IMG/VR virus record: IMGVR_UViG_3300017499_000044
Location: 1-64,000 of that record
Reading direction: 5' to 3' (one strand)
Length of the DNA stretch: 64,000 bases
Origin: a virus
Lineage: Duplodnaviria > Caudoviricetes
Shown here: in pieces, positions 9,598 through 20,196 of the stretch
Layout: the number at the start of each line of letters is the position of its first letter
Position numbering within the stretch: the stretch's first letter is position 1
Position numbers and translations under genes: made by a program
Notes under the pieces: model-generated
Database searches by the model: none
What the model saw: only the letters and a program-made list of their open reading frames with translations
What the model was told of the DNA's origin: nothing

Positions 9598-9699
9598 TAG
9601 AATAAATTATTAAGCGACAGCGGAGTATAATGCAATCTATATTGTATTAAGAAAAATTAATGTAAAGAAGGGTGAATAAGGAAGGAATGGAGTATTTAA

Positions 9700-10170
9700 A
9701 TGAATAGGAAACAATTGGTTAGTAAGACCGCAGAGATTCTGCGGCAAAGAAACGTAAGGAAGCCGGTGACAACACCGAAACATAAATTTCATATCTCAGA
9801 TGACGAAGGAAATCAGAAAGATTTTATTGTAAGGCAGACAGAGAAGTCGGTGCTGTACAATGTAAACGACGTGGCTGCTATTTTGGACGCGTGTCTTGAG
9901 GCTGTGGAAGATTCGATTAAGCATGGTGAAGAAATCCAGATATATGGATTCGGAGCCTTGGGTGTGCATTTCAGAGCCGCACGTTCTACTATTCATCCGG
10001 CGACGGGAGAGCGGGTTCAGGTTCAGGGAAGATACATTCCGAAATTTACATTCGGCTCTTCTCTAAGAATGGCGGCGAAGCTATATGAGCTGTCGCTTAG
10101 GGACGACCAGCCGCAGCAACCCTTGAGCTTTGGCGAAGAGCTTGACGAATATGAGGAGGCGGATGAGTAA
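9700..10170 (+). CDS. HU/IHF-family DNA-binding protein
   Basis: MNRKQLV...GEEIQIYGFG...RAARSTIHPATGE...PKFTFGSSLR. Confidence 0.9.
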   Translation: MNRKQLVSKTAEILRQRNVRKPVTTPKHKFHISDDEGNQKDFIVRQTEKSVLYNVNDVAAILDACLEAVEDSIKHGEEIQIYGFGALGVHFRAARSTIHPATGERVQVQGRYIPKFTFGSSLRMAAKLYELSLRDDQPQQPLSFGEELDEYEEADE

Positions 10171-11213
10171 TGGCTATTCAAGTCGGCTCGTCCGGAGCGA
10201 CGTGCTATAAATGCGGTAAGACGTACAGTGGATTTAAAACTCATTTCCCGGCGACTTACTCTTCTATGTACAAGGGTGTGGGGTATGCGCATATATGCAA
10301 GAGCTGTATTGAAGATTTGTACAACGGCTATTTGGTGCAGTGTAAAAATACACCCGACGCGGTAAGACAGGTGTGCAGAAGGCTGGATTTATACTGGAGC
10401 AAAAATGTATTTGACGCTGCGGAGCGCGTGAGTTCCGCTCGTTCTATAATGACAAAGTATATAGCCAAGACGAACTCTGTCACGTATGCGGGCAGGAGCT
10501 ATGAGGATACGCTGATTGAGGAAGGTACGCTGTGGGATTTTGAGAAGAACACAACATCTCAGGATCTCTCGAATAAGGCGCAGTCGTCTGCCGCTACGGG
10601 CATCGGCGGTGATGCTGAGAAAGAAGAAACCGTGCCGGATAGTGTTATAGCGTTCTGGGGATACGGACTCGACACGCAGCAGTACATACAGTTGGAACAG
10701 AGAAGGAAATATTGGATGTCCAGACTGCCAAGCGATATGGAGTTCGATATAGGAACCGAGGCTATTATTAAACAGCTATGCTCGCTGGAGCTGGATATAA
10801 ACAGAGACCGAGCTGCGGGACGAGCTGTTGATAAAAGCGTTAATGCGCTTATCTCTTTGCTGGGAAGCGCAAAGCTTAAGCCTGCGCAGAAGAAAGATGA
10901 TATTAGCAGCGAGATAACCAAGACGCCGATGGGCGTGTGGGCGAAGAGGTGGGAAGACAAACGTCCGATACCCGAAGACGAAGACGAGGAAACGAAGAAT
11001 GGAAAGGATTTAGTCCGCTATGTAACCACATGGTTCCTTGGTCATCTTTGCAAAATGCTTAATATCAGAAATACATACTGTAAGCTTTACGAGGATGAGA
11101 TTGAGAAGCTGCGGGTGGAGAATCCGGAGTACAAGGACGAGGATGACGAAACTTTGTTTAATGACATCTTCGCCGCAGATGTTGCGGATGACTCTAATAA
11201 GGGGGGCGATTAA
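10170..11213 (+). CDS. Zn-finger protein, putative terminase small subunit
   Basis: CYKC/CKSC at the N-terminus; directly upstream of TerL. Confidence 0.5.
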   Translation: MAIQVGSSGATCYKCGKTYSGFKTHFPATYSSMYKGVGYAHICKSCIEDLYNGYLVQCKNTPDAVRQVCRRLDLYWSKNVFDAAERVSSARSIMTKYIAKTNSVTYAGRSYEDTLIEEGTLWDFEKNTTSQDLSNKAQSSAATGIGGDAEKEETVPDSVIAFWGYGLDTQQYIQLEQRRKYWMSRLPSDMEFDIGTEAIIKQLCSLELDINRDRAAGRAVDKSVNALISLLGSAKLKPAQKKDDISSEITKTPMGVWAKRWEDKRPIPEDEDEETKNGKDLVRYVTTWFLGHLCKMLNIRNTYCKLYEDEIEKLRVENPEYKDEDDETLFNDIFAADVADDSNKGGD

Positions 11214-13091
11214 ATGGCTGCCGCAAGAGCCTCGACGGCTAAGTCGAGGAGAACTTCAAACTCCAAGAGGTCAAAGCGATCAAAGCAATCAAAACGCACT
11301 TACACCTCATCTTATTATGAGATAATGGAGAGTGCCGTAAGGTCTGTGTCTTATTATAGAAAGCACTCCGATAGGTTTGTCATGGATTATCTCCATTGGG
11401 ATTTGCACTTGTTTCAGCGGATGCTCATTCTAATAATGAACATATGTACCGTATTCGTATTTATCGGCTGCCGAGGAATAGGCAAGACGTTCATAAGCGC
11501 AATATACAGCGTGGAGAGAGCTGTTCTATATCCGGGTTCGAAGATATGTATTGCTTGTAAGGTACGAAGTCAGGGCATGAATGTCTTGGAGAAAATCATG
11601 CTTGAGCTGAAGCCGAGATCGCCGGAGCTTGCTTTGGAAATAGATGAGAAGCAAACGAAGATAAACGGAGCTATGGCTCAGATTGTGTTTAAGAACGGAA
11701 GCTACATAAAGGTTGTTACGGCAAGCGACTCTGCAAGAGGTAATCGTGCGAATATTCTTCTGCTTGATGAGTTCAGAATGATTCCCAAGGATGTCATAGA
11801 TATGGTACTGAGAAAGTTCTTGACGCTTCCGCGTCAGCCGAAGTATTCGGAGCTGACAAAAGAAGAGCGCAAGAAGGAGTACGCAAAGGAGAAGAACAAG
11901 ACGCTGTACTTATCATCCGCTTATTTCGTAGACCACTGGAGCTATCTAAAATGCTTAGACACTTGTCGAGCTATGCTTGGCGAGAAGAAGCAATTCATCT
12001 GCGGACTTCCGTATCAGCTTTCTATAAAGGAAGGATTGCTTGACGCGGAAACGGTTGCGGATGAAATGGCAGAGAGCGATTTCAGCCAGCTAAAGTTTGA
12101 TATGGAATATAGCGCACTATGGTACGGAGATAACGACGGAGCGTTTTTTGATTACAAATCTATATCCAAGAATAGGAATATCAAATATCCTATGCTGCCC
12201 GGCAGTCTGTCGGTCAAACTGAATCACCCGGAGCGATTAAGAATACTGCCCAAAGAGCCGGGCGAGATTAGAATCCTATCGGTCGATATTGCTCTTATGT
12301 CGAGCAAAAAGAACAAGAACGATGCTACGGCTGTGTTTATTAATTGTATGAAACCACCAAGAAAGCAGTCCAGATCAGGACGATATATGAGCAATATTGT
12401 ATATACCGATTCATATGAGGGACTGAGAACGGACGATCAGGCTTTAAGGATTCGGAGATTGTTTGATGAATACAGTTGTGACTACATGGTGCTTGACGCT
12501 CAGGGTGTCGGCATGGGCGTGTACGATGCTGTATCGAGAGATATGGTAGACCCTGAGAGCGGAGAGACATACGACGCTTTATCGTGCTGTAATGATGCGG
12601 AGATGGCTTCGCGCTGTACGGTTCCGGATGCTCCGAAGGTAGTGTGGTCTGTCAAAGCGTCGGCGAAGATGAACTCTGACTGCGCCTATTTGCTAAGAGA
12701 AGCATTCAGAAGCGGACGTATCAGACTGCTCATGACAGAGTATGACGGCGAGGATTTGCTCAGCGAAATCAGAGGATATAATACATTAACGCCGAGCGAG
12801 CGTTTGAGCCTTCAGATGCCTTATATACAAACAACTCTCTTGATTGACGAAATGACAAAGCTTAATCATGAAGAGAATAACGGCAAGGTTAAAGTTTACG
12901 AGCGTTCCGGAATGAGAAAGGATAGATACTCAAGTCTGGCATACAACTACTATGTGGCGGTGCAGCTTGAAAATAAAATGAGGAAGAAAAGAAATCTGGA
13001 TTATAATCCGGACGATTCGTTTATTATTCGTCCGCCCGGTGGACGAACGGTATTAAAAGGACGGACGAGGAGAATGGTGAAAGGATGGTGA
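11214..13091 (+). CDS. terL: Terminase large subunit
   Basis: Walker A CRGIGKT, Walker B ILLLDE, nuclease motifs LSVDIA and KDRYSSLAY. Confidence 0.9.
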   Translation: MAAARASTAKSRRTSNSKRSKRSKQSKRTYTSSYYEIMESAVRSVSYYRKHSDRFVMDYLHWDLHLFQRMLILIMNICTVFVFIGCRGIGKTFISAIYSVERAVLYPGSKICIACKVRSQGMNVLEKIMLELKPRSPELALEIDEKQTKINGAMAQIVFKNGSYIKVVTASDSARGNRANILLLDEFRMIPKDVIDMVLRKFLTLPRQPKYSELTKEERKKEYAKEKNKTLYLSSAYFVDHWSYLKCLDTCRAMLGEKKQFICGLPYQLSIKEGLLDAETVADEMAESDFSQLKFDMEYSALWYGDNDGAFFDYKSISKNRNIKYPMLPGSLSVKLNHPERLRILPKEPGEIRILSVDIALMSSKKNKNDATAVFINCMKPPRKQSRSGRYMSNIVYTDSYEGLRTDDQALRIRRLFDEYSCDYMVLDAQGVGMGVYDAVSRDMVDPESGETYDALSCCNDAEMASRCTVPDAPKVVWSVKASAKMNSDCAYLLREAFRSGRIRLLMTEYDGEDLLSEIRGYNTLTPSERLSLQMPYIQTTLLIDEMTKLNHEENNGKVKVYERSGMRKDRYSSLAYNYYVAVQLENKMRKKRNLDYNPDDSFIIRPPGGRTVLKGRTRRMVKGW

Positions 13092-13100
13092 GTGCGATAA

Positions 13101-14648
13101 ATGGCAACAAACAGAAAACAGAGCGGACATAAGAAGCGTGCTTCGTCAGGCGAGAATCAGACCGATGTGAAGTCGGAAGAATTGTTTCCGGGTATGATTG
13201 GCATATCAAGCAAGTTCGCCTTGCTTAATAAACTGATTACCCGTGACCTTAATAACAATTCTTACGCTCCGGCATTCTCTCTGTATTCCAAGGATGATAT
13301 AAATACATATCTTGCCAATCCTTACAAATATGAAAAGCAGCTTAGGAATGCTGTAATTTATATCAACGGAGCATCTTCGCATTTCAGGAGACTTATCCAA
13401 TACTTTACGGGACTGTCTGATTTGTCATATGTTGTTTCGCCATACAGGATTGATCCGAGGAAAGCCAATAAGAACACCGTCAACAGAAACTATCGCAGGG
13501 TGTTGAATCTAATGTCGGCGATGAGTGTTAAGACGCAGTTCCCAAGAATACTTACGGTATGCTTAAGAGAGGATTGTTTCTACGGCACGCTCTTGGTTAC
13601 GAACGACTGTATTACGGTGCAGCAGCTTCCGAGTGATTATTGTTCAATATCTTCGGTTGAGGGAAATGTGCTGAATGTTACGTTCAACTTCTCATACTTC
13701 GACTCACACTATTCTTTGCTGGAGTATTACCCGCAGGAGTTCAAGACTAAGTATGAGTACTATAAGAACAACAGAACTACAAGATGGATAGAGCTTGACT
13801 CTCCAACGTCATTTGCTATTAAGTGCAACAACGACATATTGGAGTACTCTATACCGCCGTTTGCAGGGCTGCTTCGAGAAATCTATGATATAGAAGATTA
13901 CAAGCAGCTAAAGGAAGGTCGCACGGCACTTGAGAATTATGCTATGCTTGCGATGAAGCTTCCGCTGAACGATGACGGCGAATGGGGCATTGACCTTAAG
14001 AGAGCCAGAGAGTTCTGGAGAAACCTTGATGCGGTGCTGCCGGAAGAAGTCGGTTCAGTATTAACGCCGATGGATATTGATAAGATAAGCTTTGAGAAGT
14101 CAAACATCGGAGATACCGACACGGTATCCGAGGCGGAGCAGAATCTGTTCACGGCGGCGGGTGTGTCGTCTCTGTTGTTTAATAACGAGAAGGCGTCTGC
14201 GAACTCGCTGCTCTTATCTATCAAAGCCGATCAGGCATTGACCTTCGGTATAGTTAAGAGCATTGAAGATATGGTGAATAGGTTTGTCCAGTCGCAAAGC
14301 TACGGTAAGAATTTCAAGGTGACGTTTCTTGATGTTAGTCCTTACAATCGTAAGGAAACCGGCGATGCTTATTTAAAGGCTGCGTCATACGGACTGCCCA
14401 CGATTAGTATGTACGCTGTCTCGCAGGGATTGGGACAGGCGGAGCTTGATTCGATGAGCTTCCTTGAGACTGAAGTTCTTGGGCTTCAGGAGATGTTCAA
14501 GCCATTGCAGAGTTCGACGCAGATGAGCAGCTCCGATTCGGTTGATAATAAGGGTGCAACCGACGAGGGTGGTGCCCCGCAGAAGGACACTTCCGAATTA
14601 ACGGACAGCGGAGAGCAGAGCCGAGAAGACAGCTCGGATTGGGGCTGA
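13101..14648 (+). CDS. Portal protein
   Basis: 515 aa, directly after TerL; synteny. Confidence 0.75.
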   Translation: MATNRKQSGHKKRASSGENQTDVKSEELFPGMIGISSKFALLNKLITRDLNNNSYAPAFSLYSKDDINTYLANPYKYEKQLRNAVIYINGASSHFRRLIQYFTGLSDLSYVVSPYRIDPRKANKNTVNRNYRRVLNLMSAMSVKTQFPRILTVCLREDCFYGTLLVTNDCITVQQLPSDYCSISSVEGNVLNVTFNFSYFDSHYSLLEYYPQEFKTKYEYYKNNRTTRWIELDSPTSFAIKCNNDILEYSIPPFAGLLREIYDIEDYKQLKEGRTALENYAMLAMKLPLNDDGEWGIDLKRAREFWRNLDAVLPEEVGSVLTPMDIDKISFEKSNIGDTDTVSEAEQNLFTAAGVSSLLFNNEKASANSLLLSIKADQALTFGIVKSIEDMVNRFVQSQSYGKNFKVTFLDVSPYNRKETGDAYLKAASYGLPTISMYAVSQGLGQAELDSMSFLETEVLGLQEMFKPLQSSTQMSSSDSVDNKGATDEGGAPQKDTSELTDSGEQSREDSSDWG

Positions 14649-14830
14649 TGGTGATGGGTAGATTTATTTATGTGTTCAGCTCAGAAGCAAGGGACAAGCT
14701 TATACAGCTTGGCTATGCGCTGCTGAAACACGACAAGCGAAACAATATATTTATATTCGAGAATAATCCGGAATTGAAATTTACATCCAAGAATATCGAG
14801 TTTGCGCTCTCGGATACTTTAACGTTCTGA
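14648..14830 (+). CDS. Small hypothetical protein
   Basis: Overlaps the portal stop and fills the operon gap. Confidence 0.6.
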   Translation: MVMGRFIYVFSSEARDKLIQLGYALLKHDKRNNIFIFENNPELKFTSKNIEFALSDTLTF

Positions 14831-14870
14831 GGGCTGCGGCTCGTTGGGAAATACAGATAGGAGGTTATTG

Positions 14871-16472
14871 ATGGAAGGTGAAGTGCTGAACTTAACATAC
14901 GCATCATCTTTAACCGGTCTGTGCGAGGTTAACCCGTCTTTTGATACAGGCATTCTGAGAATTGCATACACAGGCGAGAACAGAAATAGATCCTATATCT
15001 CCAAAGAAGTATTTGAGAGATGTGTGAAGACAATCTACAACTGTCCTGTTGTGTGCAACTACGACCGCGAGACAGACACGCTCGGCGGTCATGATATGGA
15101 TATTATCAAATACGATGACGGGCATACAGCCCTGATAAACAAAACGGTGCCGGTGGGCTGCGTCCCCGAAAGCTCAAAGATATTTTGGGAGAATGTAGAA
15201 GAAGACGACGGCACTGTGCGTGAGTATCTCTGCGCAGAGGTTTTGCTATGGAAGAGACAGGAAGCTTACAGCAAGATTAAGCGAGACGGAATTACCGCCC
15301 ACAGCATGGAGATAACTGTAAGAGATGGCAGACGAATAGATGGCATCTATCACGTAGAGGATTTTGTGTTCACAGCTTTTACTTTAATAGGTGAGCAGCC
15401 GTGCTTCCCATCGGCTTCACTCGACATGGGCAACAACGCAAAGTTCTCCAATGACACCGATGACGCTATAAGAAATAGCGTCAGAGAAGAATTTAAGGCG
15501 CAGATGTCACAGATGATGCAGGAGATAAAGGAAAGTTTTAGTTTGATCAACAGCCCCGACGGGGATGATGATACACAAAATAATGTAACGAAGGGAGGAA
15601 AACAGGTAATGAATAAGGATGAATTAATTACAAAGTATGGAATTGACGTAAATACTTTGGGTTTTTCAATTGATGATTATTCCGCAGAAGATCTTGAGAA
15701 AAGGTTTAAAGCTATTAAAGGGGTTGGCGGCAATGCTCCAAAAGTTAAACCTTTAACCGGTGTCAAATTTGCCTTACTCGGAGATCTTCTCGCCGAGTTT
15801 GAAAAGGTGCTTGGCGTAGAAAAGGTTCAAACCGAATGGGGAGAGTGCTGTCGGTATCATTACGCAGACTGCGATGTGGATCTAAAAGAGGTATATTGTT
15901 GGGATATGAACGACCAGCTACTTTATGGATTCGCATATACGCTAGACGGGGATAAAGTTGTTATCGATTTTTCAAGCAAGAAGCGCATGAAATACACTAT
16001 CGCAGAATTTGATGAAGGCTCGCAGATGGAACAGCCCTCGCCTATAGCTCAGGTATTTGCTGTCATGAAGCAGAAGATTAAAGACAACACCGGATGGGAA
16101 GCCAGATATAACGAGGTTTCCGAAAAATATGCGGCGCTAGAGAAGGAAACCGAGAATCTGCGTAAGTTCAAAGCTGAAACAGATGCCGCCGCTAAAAGTG
16201 AAGCTCTTACGAAGATATTCTCTCAGTTTGAGGATCTTGAAGGAGTGGAGCAATTTGAAGAACTTAAAAATAACTGTCAGAACTATGACCTTGAAATTCT
16301 TGAGGAAAAGTGCTTTGCTTTGAGAGGCAGGAGAGTCGCGGGAATGAATCTGAATTTCGGACTTGAGCCGAAAGCTCCAAAGATTAAGGTGGGCAATGAT
16401 AATAAGGATGACGAAAATGGCGAGCCTTACGGCGGACTATTTAAGAAATATGGCTTTACAGCCGGTAAATAA
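14871..16472 (+). CDS. Prohead protease/scaffold protein
   Basis: RBS AGGAGG; GENRNRS, GGHD, EVLLWKR and HSMEI motifs; coiled-coil C-terminus; strong internal in-frame start at 15609. Confidence 0.7.
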   Translation: MEGEVLNLTYASSLTGLCEVNPSFDTGILRIAYTGENRNRSYISKEVFERCVKTIYNCPVVCNYDRETDTLGGHDMDIIKYDDGHTALINKTVPVGCVPESSKIFWENVEEDDGTVREYLCAEVLLWKRQEAYSKIKRDGITAHSMEITVRDGRRIDGIYHVEDFVFTAFTLIGEQPCFPSASLDMGNNAKFSNDTDDAIRNSVREEFKAQMSQMMQEIKESFSLINSPDGDDDTQNNVTKGGKQVMNKDELITKYGIDVNTLGFSIDDYSAEDLEKRFKAIKGVGGNAPKVKPLTGVKFALLGDLLAEFEKVLGVEKVQTEWGECCRYHYADCDVDLKEVYCWDMNDQLLYGFAYTLDGDKVVIDFSSKKRMKYTIAEFDEGSQMEQPSPIAQVFAVMKQKIKDNTGWEARYNEVSEKYAALEKETENLRKFKAETDAAAKSEALTKIFSQFEDLEGVEQFEELKNNCQNYDLEILEEKCFALRGRRVAGMNLNFGLEPKAPKIKVGNDNKDDENGEPYGGLFKKYGFTAGK

Positions 16473-16496
16473 TTTTTATAAAGGAGGAATTGAATT

Positions 16497-17003
16497 ATGG
16501 CATACGGTGTTGTGAGAACAGACAATATGTACGGTACGGATGTCAGAGCCGCGCTTGTTTCTATCAAGTATATGGGCGATGACGGAGCTACGCCTACAGA
16601 GATTGAGAATGGCTGCGTGCTTAAGGTCGGCGCCCTCATGGACGGTGAAAGAGAAATCTATATTGGCAGCGCAGTTGAAGCAGGAGACAGCCTTAACGAT
16701 ATTGTATTAATTGACTCGCCTGAGGTTATGTACGATGAGAGAAAAAGAAATCTTGATGAGTATATTAACGAAGCGGACAAGGCGTGCAGAGGCTATCGGT
16801 TCCATTCGGGACAGATATTCTCTGTTACGAAGGATGCGCTCGTAGGTGCTGAAACGCCGAAAGAAGGAGACATCGTTGAGCTTGCGGCAGGTACAAAGAT
16901 GAGCGTAGCGGAGTCTGCTACATCAGGCTCGACTACCGTTGGTGTTATTATAGCTGTTGATATTGTCGGCAGATATACATATTACGCCATCAGAGTTAAC
17001 TAA
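16497..17003 (+). CDS. Capsid decoration/minor head protein
   Basis: 168 aa between protease and MCP; IENG motif; strong RBS. Confidence 0.55.
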   Translation: MAYGVVRTDNMYGTDVRAALVSIKYMGDDGATPTEIENGCVLKVGALMDGEREIYIGSAVEAGDSLNDIVLIDSPEVMYDERKRNLDEYINEADKACRGYRFHSGQIFSVTKDALVGAETPKEGDIVELAAGTKMSVAESATSGSTTVGVIIAVDIVGRYTYYAIRVN

Positions 17004-17026
17004 TTCTAAAGAAGGGAGGATTTACA

Positions 17027-19101
17027 ATGAATGAAATGAATGAAATTGCAAAGATCGCCATTGATGGTTACAAGGGCAGTGTGGAAAAATATTCTGTAGC
17101 TCAGTCACAGAAGCTGCTTCGCGATGCGCTTGTCGAAGCGAACGGCGGAAGTACAAAGCTGGATTATAAAAAGATTCGTGACGGCAAGTGTCCGGGACTC
17201 TTTACTCTTCTTGAGGAAGTATTATCCCGCACGGTTGTCGAGGGTCTACAGGGTTAGAACACTCTACGTGAAATAGCTCGCTTGCACAGGAATGTGCTTG
17301 ACAAACGATCTGCTTAATTGCTGGAAACCCCTAAAGCTGTTTGTGCCACAACATAAGAATGAAACAAGTCTATATGTGACGGCGGCGAAAGCGGAAAGAA
17401 ACAAACAGATGGTGCAAGGTTAAATCCTAAACATCTTAATAATGGGCAATCAGCAGCCAAGCCTTGAATAAAGGAAGGTTCAACGATCATCCCTGAGTGG
17501 GAGTAGGGACAAGCGTCTCGAAATGGCAGACATCCAAAAAGGATGAAGATATGATCTGTGCTTCGCAGAAATGCGAAGAGTGCGTCGCACTGATTAGATT
17601 TAGCGAACCTTTATTGATTAAGCAAAATAAAATACAGAGAAGATGAATTGAATACCAAAATTTGAAGATTTATCGGGACAGACATTTGGTCGTCTTGTTG
17701 TTGTTCAGAGGAAGCAAGATTATATAAGTCCGTCTGGATATAGAAAAACTCAATGGCTATGCAGATGCTGCTGCGGAAATGATATTATAACAACAGCATC
17801 CTCTTTAAAGAAAGGAGACACTCGATCGTGTGGTTGTCTGAGCGTAGAAAATAAAAGGCAGAACGGACTAACTCATGGAATGTCTAAAACTCCATTGTAT
17901 ACCGTATGGAAGGGGATTAAAGCGAGATGCTACAATCCAAACCACAAAAATTATAAAACATATGGAGGATGAGGGATCGTGATGTGTAATGAGTGGAGAG
18001 ACTCGTTTGTCGCATTCGAGCGGTGGGCTATGAGTAATGGATATATTCCGGGGCTCACAGTTGATCGAATTGACAATGATGATATTTACACTCCGGCTAA
18101 TTGTAGACTTGCGAATCGAGCTGAACAATCAAACAATCGAAGAAATAACATTATGATTACATACCGTGGTCAAACTCATGGAATTAAATGGTGGGCTGAG
18201 AAAACTGGCGTGAAATATGAAACTATTTATTATCGAATAAAACATGGGTGGAGTGCCGAAGAGGCACTCGCTTTATAAATATAATTGCTTAATCAATTTA
18301 AATCAAACGAAACAGGACGAATACTTTAATACATTAGTTGAGTTCAGAAATGTTGCCGAGGGCGATCAGAATCAGTTCTTGGTAAAAGACAGCAATCTTT
18401 TTGTTGTTGCTGAATCAGCTGACGGAACACAGGGAATACGCAGACAGAGACTCGGCGGTACGAGCGAGGTGTCTATTCCGACAAGATTCTATACGGTAAG
18501 AATCTACGAAGAGCTTAACCGCATACTCTCAAATCGTGTAGACTTCAACGATATGATAAGGCTGGTGTCCGAATCATATAAGCAGAAGCTTCTTAATGAT
18601 ATATATGCTCTTTGGAGCAAGGCTACGGCTGAATCGTTCGGCGGAGCTACATACTACCCGGCTGCGGGTTCGTATAATGAGGATACTCTTCTTGAGCTTA
18701 TTTCTCATGTAGAAGCGGCTGCGGGCGGCAAGACGGCAACTATCATCGCAACTAAGAAGGGTGCGAGAAAGCTTAATCCGTCTATTGTCAGTGACGGTGC
18801 GAAGGATGACCTGTATAATCTTGGTTATTTCGGCAAGTTCTACGGAACACCGGTCATCATAACACCGCAGCGTCACAAGATTGGCACGACTGAATTTGTA
18901 ATGGACGATAACGTTCTTACAATAGTTGCCGGTGACGACAAGCCTATAAAAGTAGTTTATGAAGGCGACCCGTTGATTATAATGGGGAATCCGTTGACAA
19001 ACGCAGATCTTACACAGGAATACTTCTATGGCGAGAAATACGGAATGGGTATCGTACTCGCCGGAGGTAATGCGGGTATCGGTCGTTATGAGATGGTGTG
19101 A
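17027..19101 (+). CDS. Major capsid protein; join(17027..17254,18316..19101), 337 aa
   Basis: Splicing gives VVEGLQG|DEYFNTLVEFRN; strong RBS; position and size fit an HK97-fold MCP. Confidence 0.82.
17255..18315 (+). ncRNA. Group I self-splicing intron in the major capsid gene
   Basis: P1 GGGU|UA pairs with UAGCUC (U17254.G17276); core elements AAUUGCUGGAAAC, AAUCAGCAGCCAAG, UUCAACGAUCA, AAGAUAUGAUC; P9 CUUCGCA-GAAA-UGCGAAG; terminal G18315. Confidence 0.92.
17652..18278 (+). pseudogene. Intron-encoded HNH endonuclease with premature stop
   Basis: One frame reads DLSGQTFGRL...WLCRCCCG...SCGC...HGMSKTPLY..W...RC...YGG*GI.MC.EW...DRIDND..Y.P.NCR; TGA at 17970-17972 replaces the R of YGGRGI; no ATG start. 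Confidence 0.85.
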
Positions 19102-19166
19102 TTTAACATCTTAATAATAGTCGATATGAATAAATAATGAATGAGAGGAAATGAAAGGAGAAATCA

Positions 19167-19736
19167 ATGACTACTAAAACAACTACAAGAACGGCTGCTA
19201 AGGCGACTAAAAAAGCGCCTGCTGCAAATAACAACATAGCAGAGGCGGGCAGCCTTGAAAATACAGGCTCACAGGCTAAACCCGTTGTCGCAAAGGATAT
19301 TGATGTGCATCAGTATATCACTGTTCGCAACGGGTTTCAAGGCAAGCTTGTTTACATAAGCTCTAAAACCGGGGAAAGCTTCACATGGGATGAGTTCGGC
19401 TCGGAGCAGGAGATGGAGTTGCTGGAGCTTCGCAACGCCAAAAGCGGAGCAAAGAAATTCTTCATCAACAATTGGTTTATGTTTGACGATGAGTGGGTAA
19501 TCGACTACCTTGGTCTTAGGCAGTATTACAAGCACGCTGTTCAAATTGAAGATTTTGATAAGATATTCTCTAAGACTCCCGCAGAAATAAAAGAAATTAT
19601 CGCCGGGATGTCTGATGGGCAAAAGAAATCTGTAGCTTACAGAGCAAGTGTGCTTATAGCCGAAGGAAAAATTGATTCACACAAAGTTATTACAACTTTA
19701 GAAGAATCGCTTAACGTAGAGCTTATTGAAAGATAA
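19167..19736 (+). CDS. Hypothetical protein (head module)
   Basis: Strong RBS; operon continuity. Confidence 0.7.
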   Translation: MTTKTTTRTAAKATKKAPAANNNIAEAGSLENTGSQAKPVVAKDIDVHQYITVRNGFQGKLVYISSKTGESFTWDEFGSEQEMELLELRNAKSGAKKFFINNWFMFDDEWVIDYLGLRQYYKHAVQIEDFDKIFSKTPAEIKEIIAGMSDGQKKSVAYRASVLIAEGKIDSHKVITTLEESLNVELIER

Positions 19737-20196
19737 GGTGATGGTTGTGAGCATATCTTATGATATATTCGTCAGTGCATTCCTGTCCAAAATCTCAGAG
19801 TATCAATTCTTAAAGCTTGACTCTGAAGATAGGACAGTGGAAATAGATGGATATTTAAAGAGAGCAATTACAGCTTTCAAGCGCAATTGCGAGTATGACC
19901 TATTCACTACCGGAGACGATAATGAAAGAAGCTTCAAGATCGAGATAGCTCAGGATGACTTGGATGAGCTTGTGGATATTATATCGGAAGGGATGGTTGT
20001 CCAGTGGTTGAAGCCGTATGTGTACAAGCAGGAACTGTTGGAAAATGTTCTTAATACAAAAGATTTTACAGAATATTCTCCGGCGTCGCTGCTGCTGCGT
20101 GTTAGGGAGACGTATAACAGTGCGCAGGCGGATTATAAGAATATGATATATGATTATTCATACACCCACGGTGACCTCACGGATTTGCATCTATGA
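19726..20196 (+). CDS. Putative head-tail adaptor
   Basis: Helical 156-aa protein in neck position. Confidence 0.5.
   Translation: MKDKVMVVSISYDIFVSAFLSKISEYQFLKLDSEDRTVEIDGYLKRAITAFKRNCEYDLFTTGDDNERSFKIEIAQDDLDELVDIISEGMVVQWLKPYVYKQELLENVLNTKDFTEYSPASLLLRVRETYNSAQADYKNMIYDYSYTHGDLTDLHL

Noticed and set aside
11214-13091. Intein in the terminase
   Set aside because: Normal length; no C...HN splice motifs or LAGLIDADG blocks
17970-17972. Stop-codon recoding (TGA read as sense)
   Set aside because: Single case in a dispensable endonuclease; TGA, TAG and TAA all end genes normally elsewhere; no suppressor tRNA seen
18244-18315. N-terminus MGGVPKRHSLY... of the 285-aa ORF
   Set aside because: This is intron sequence; exon 2 starts at 18316
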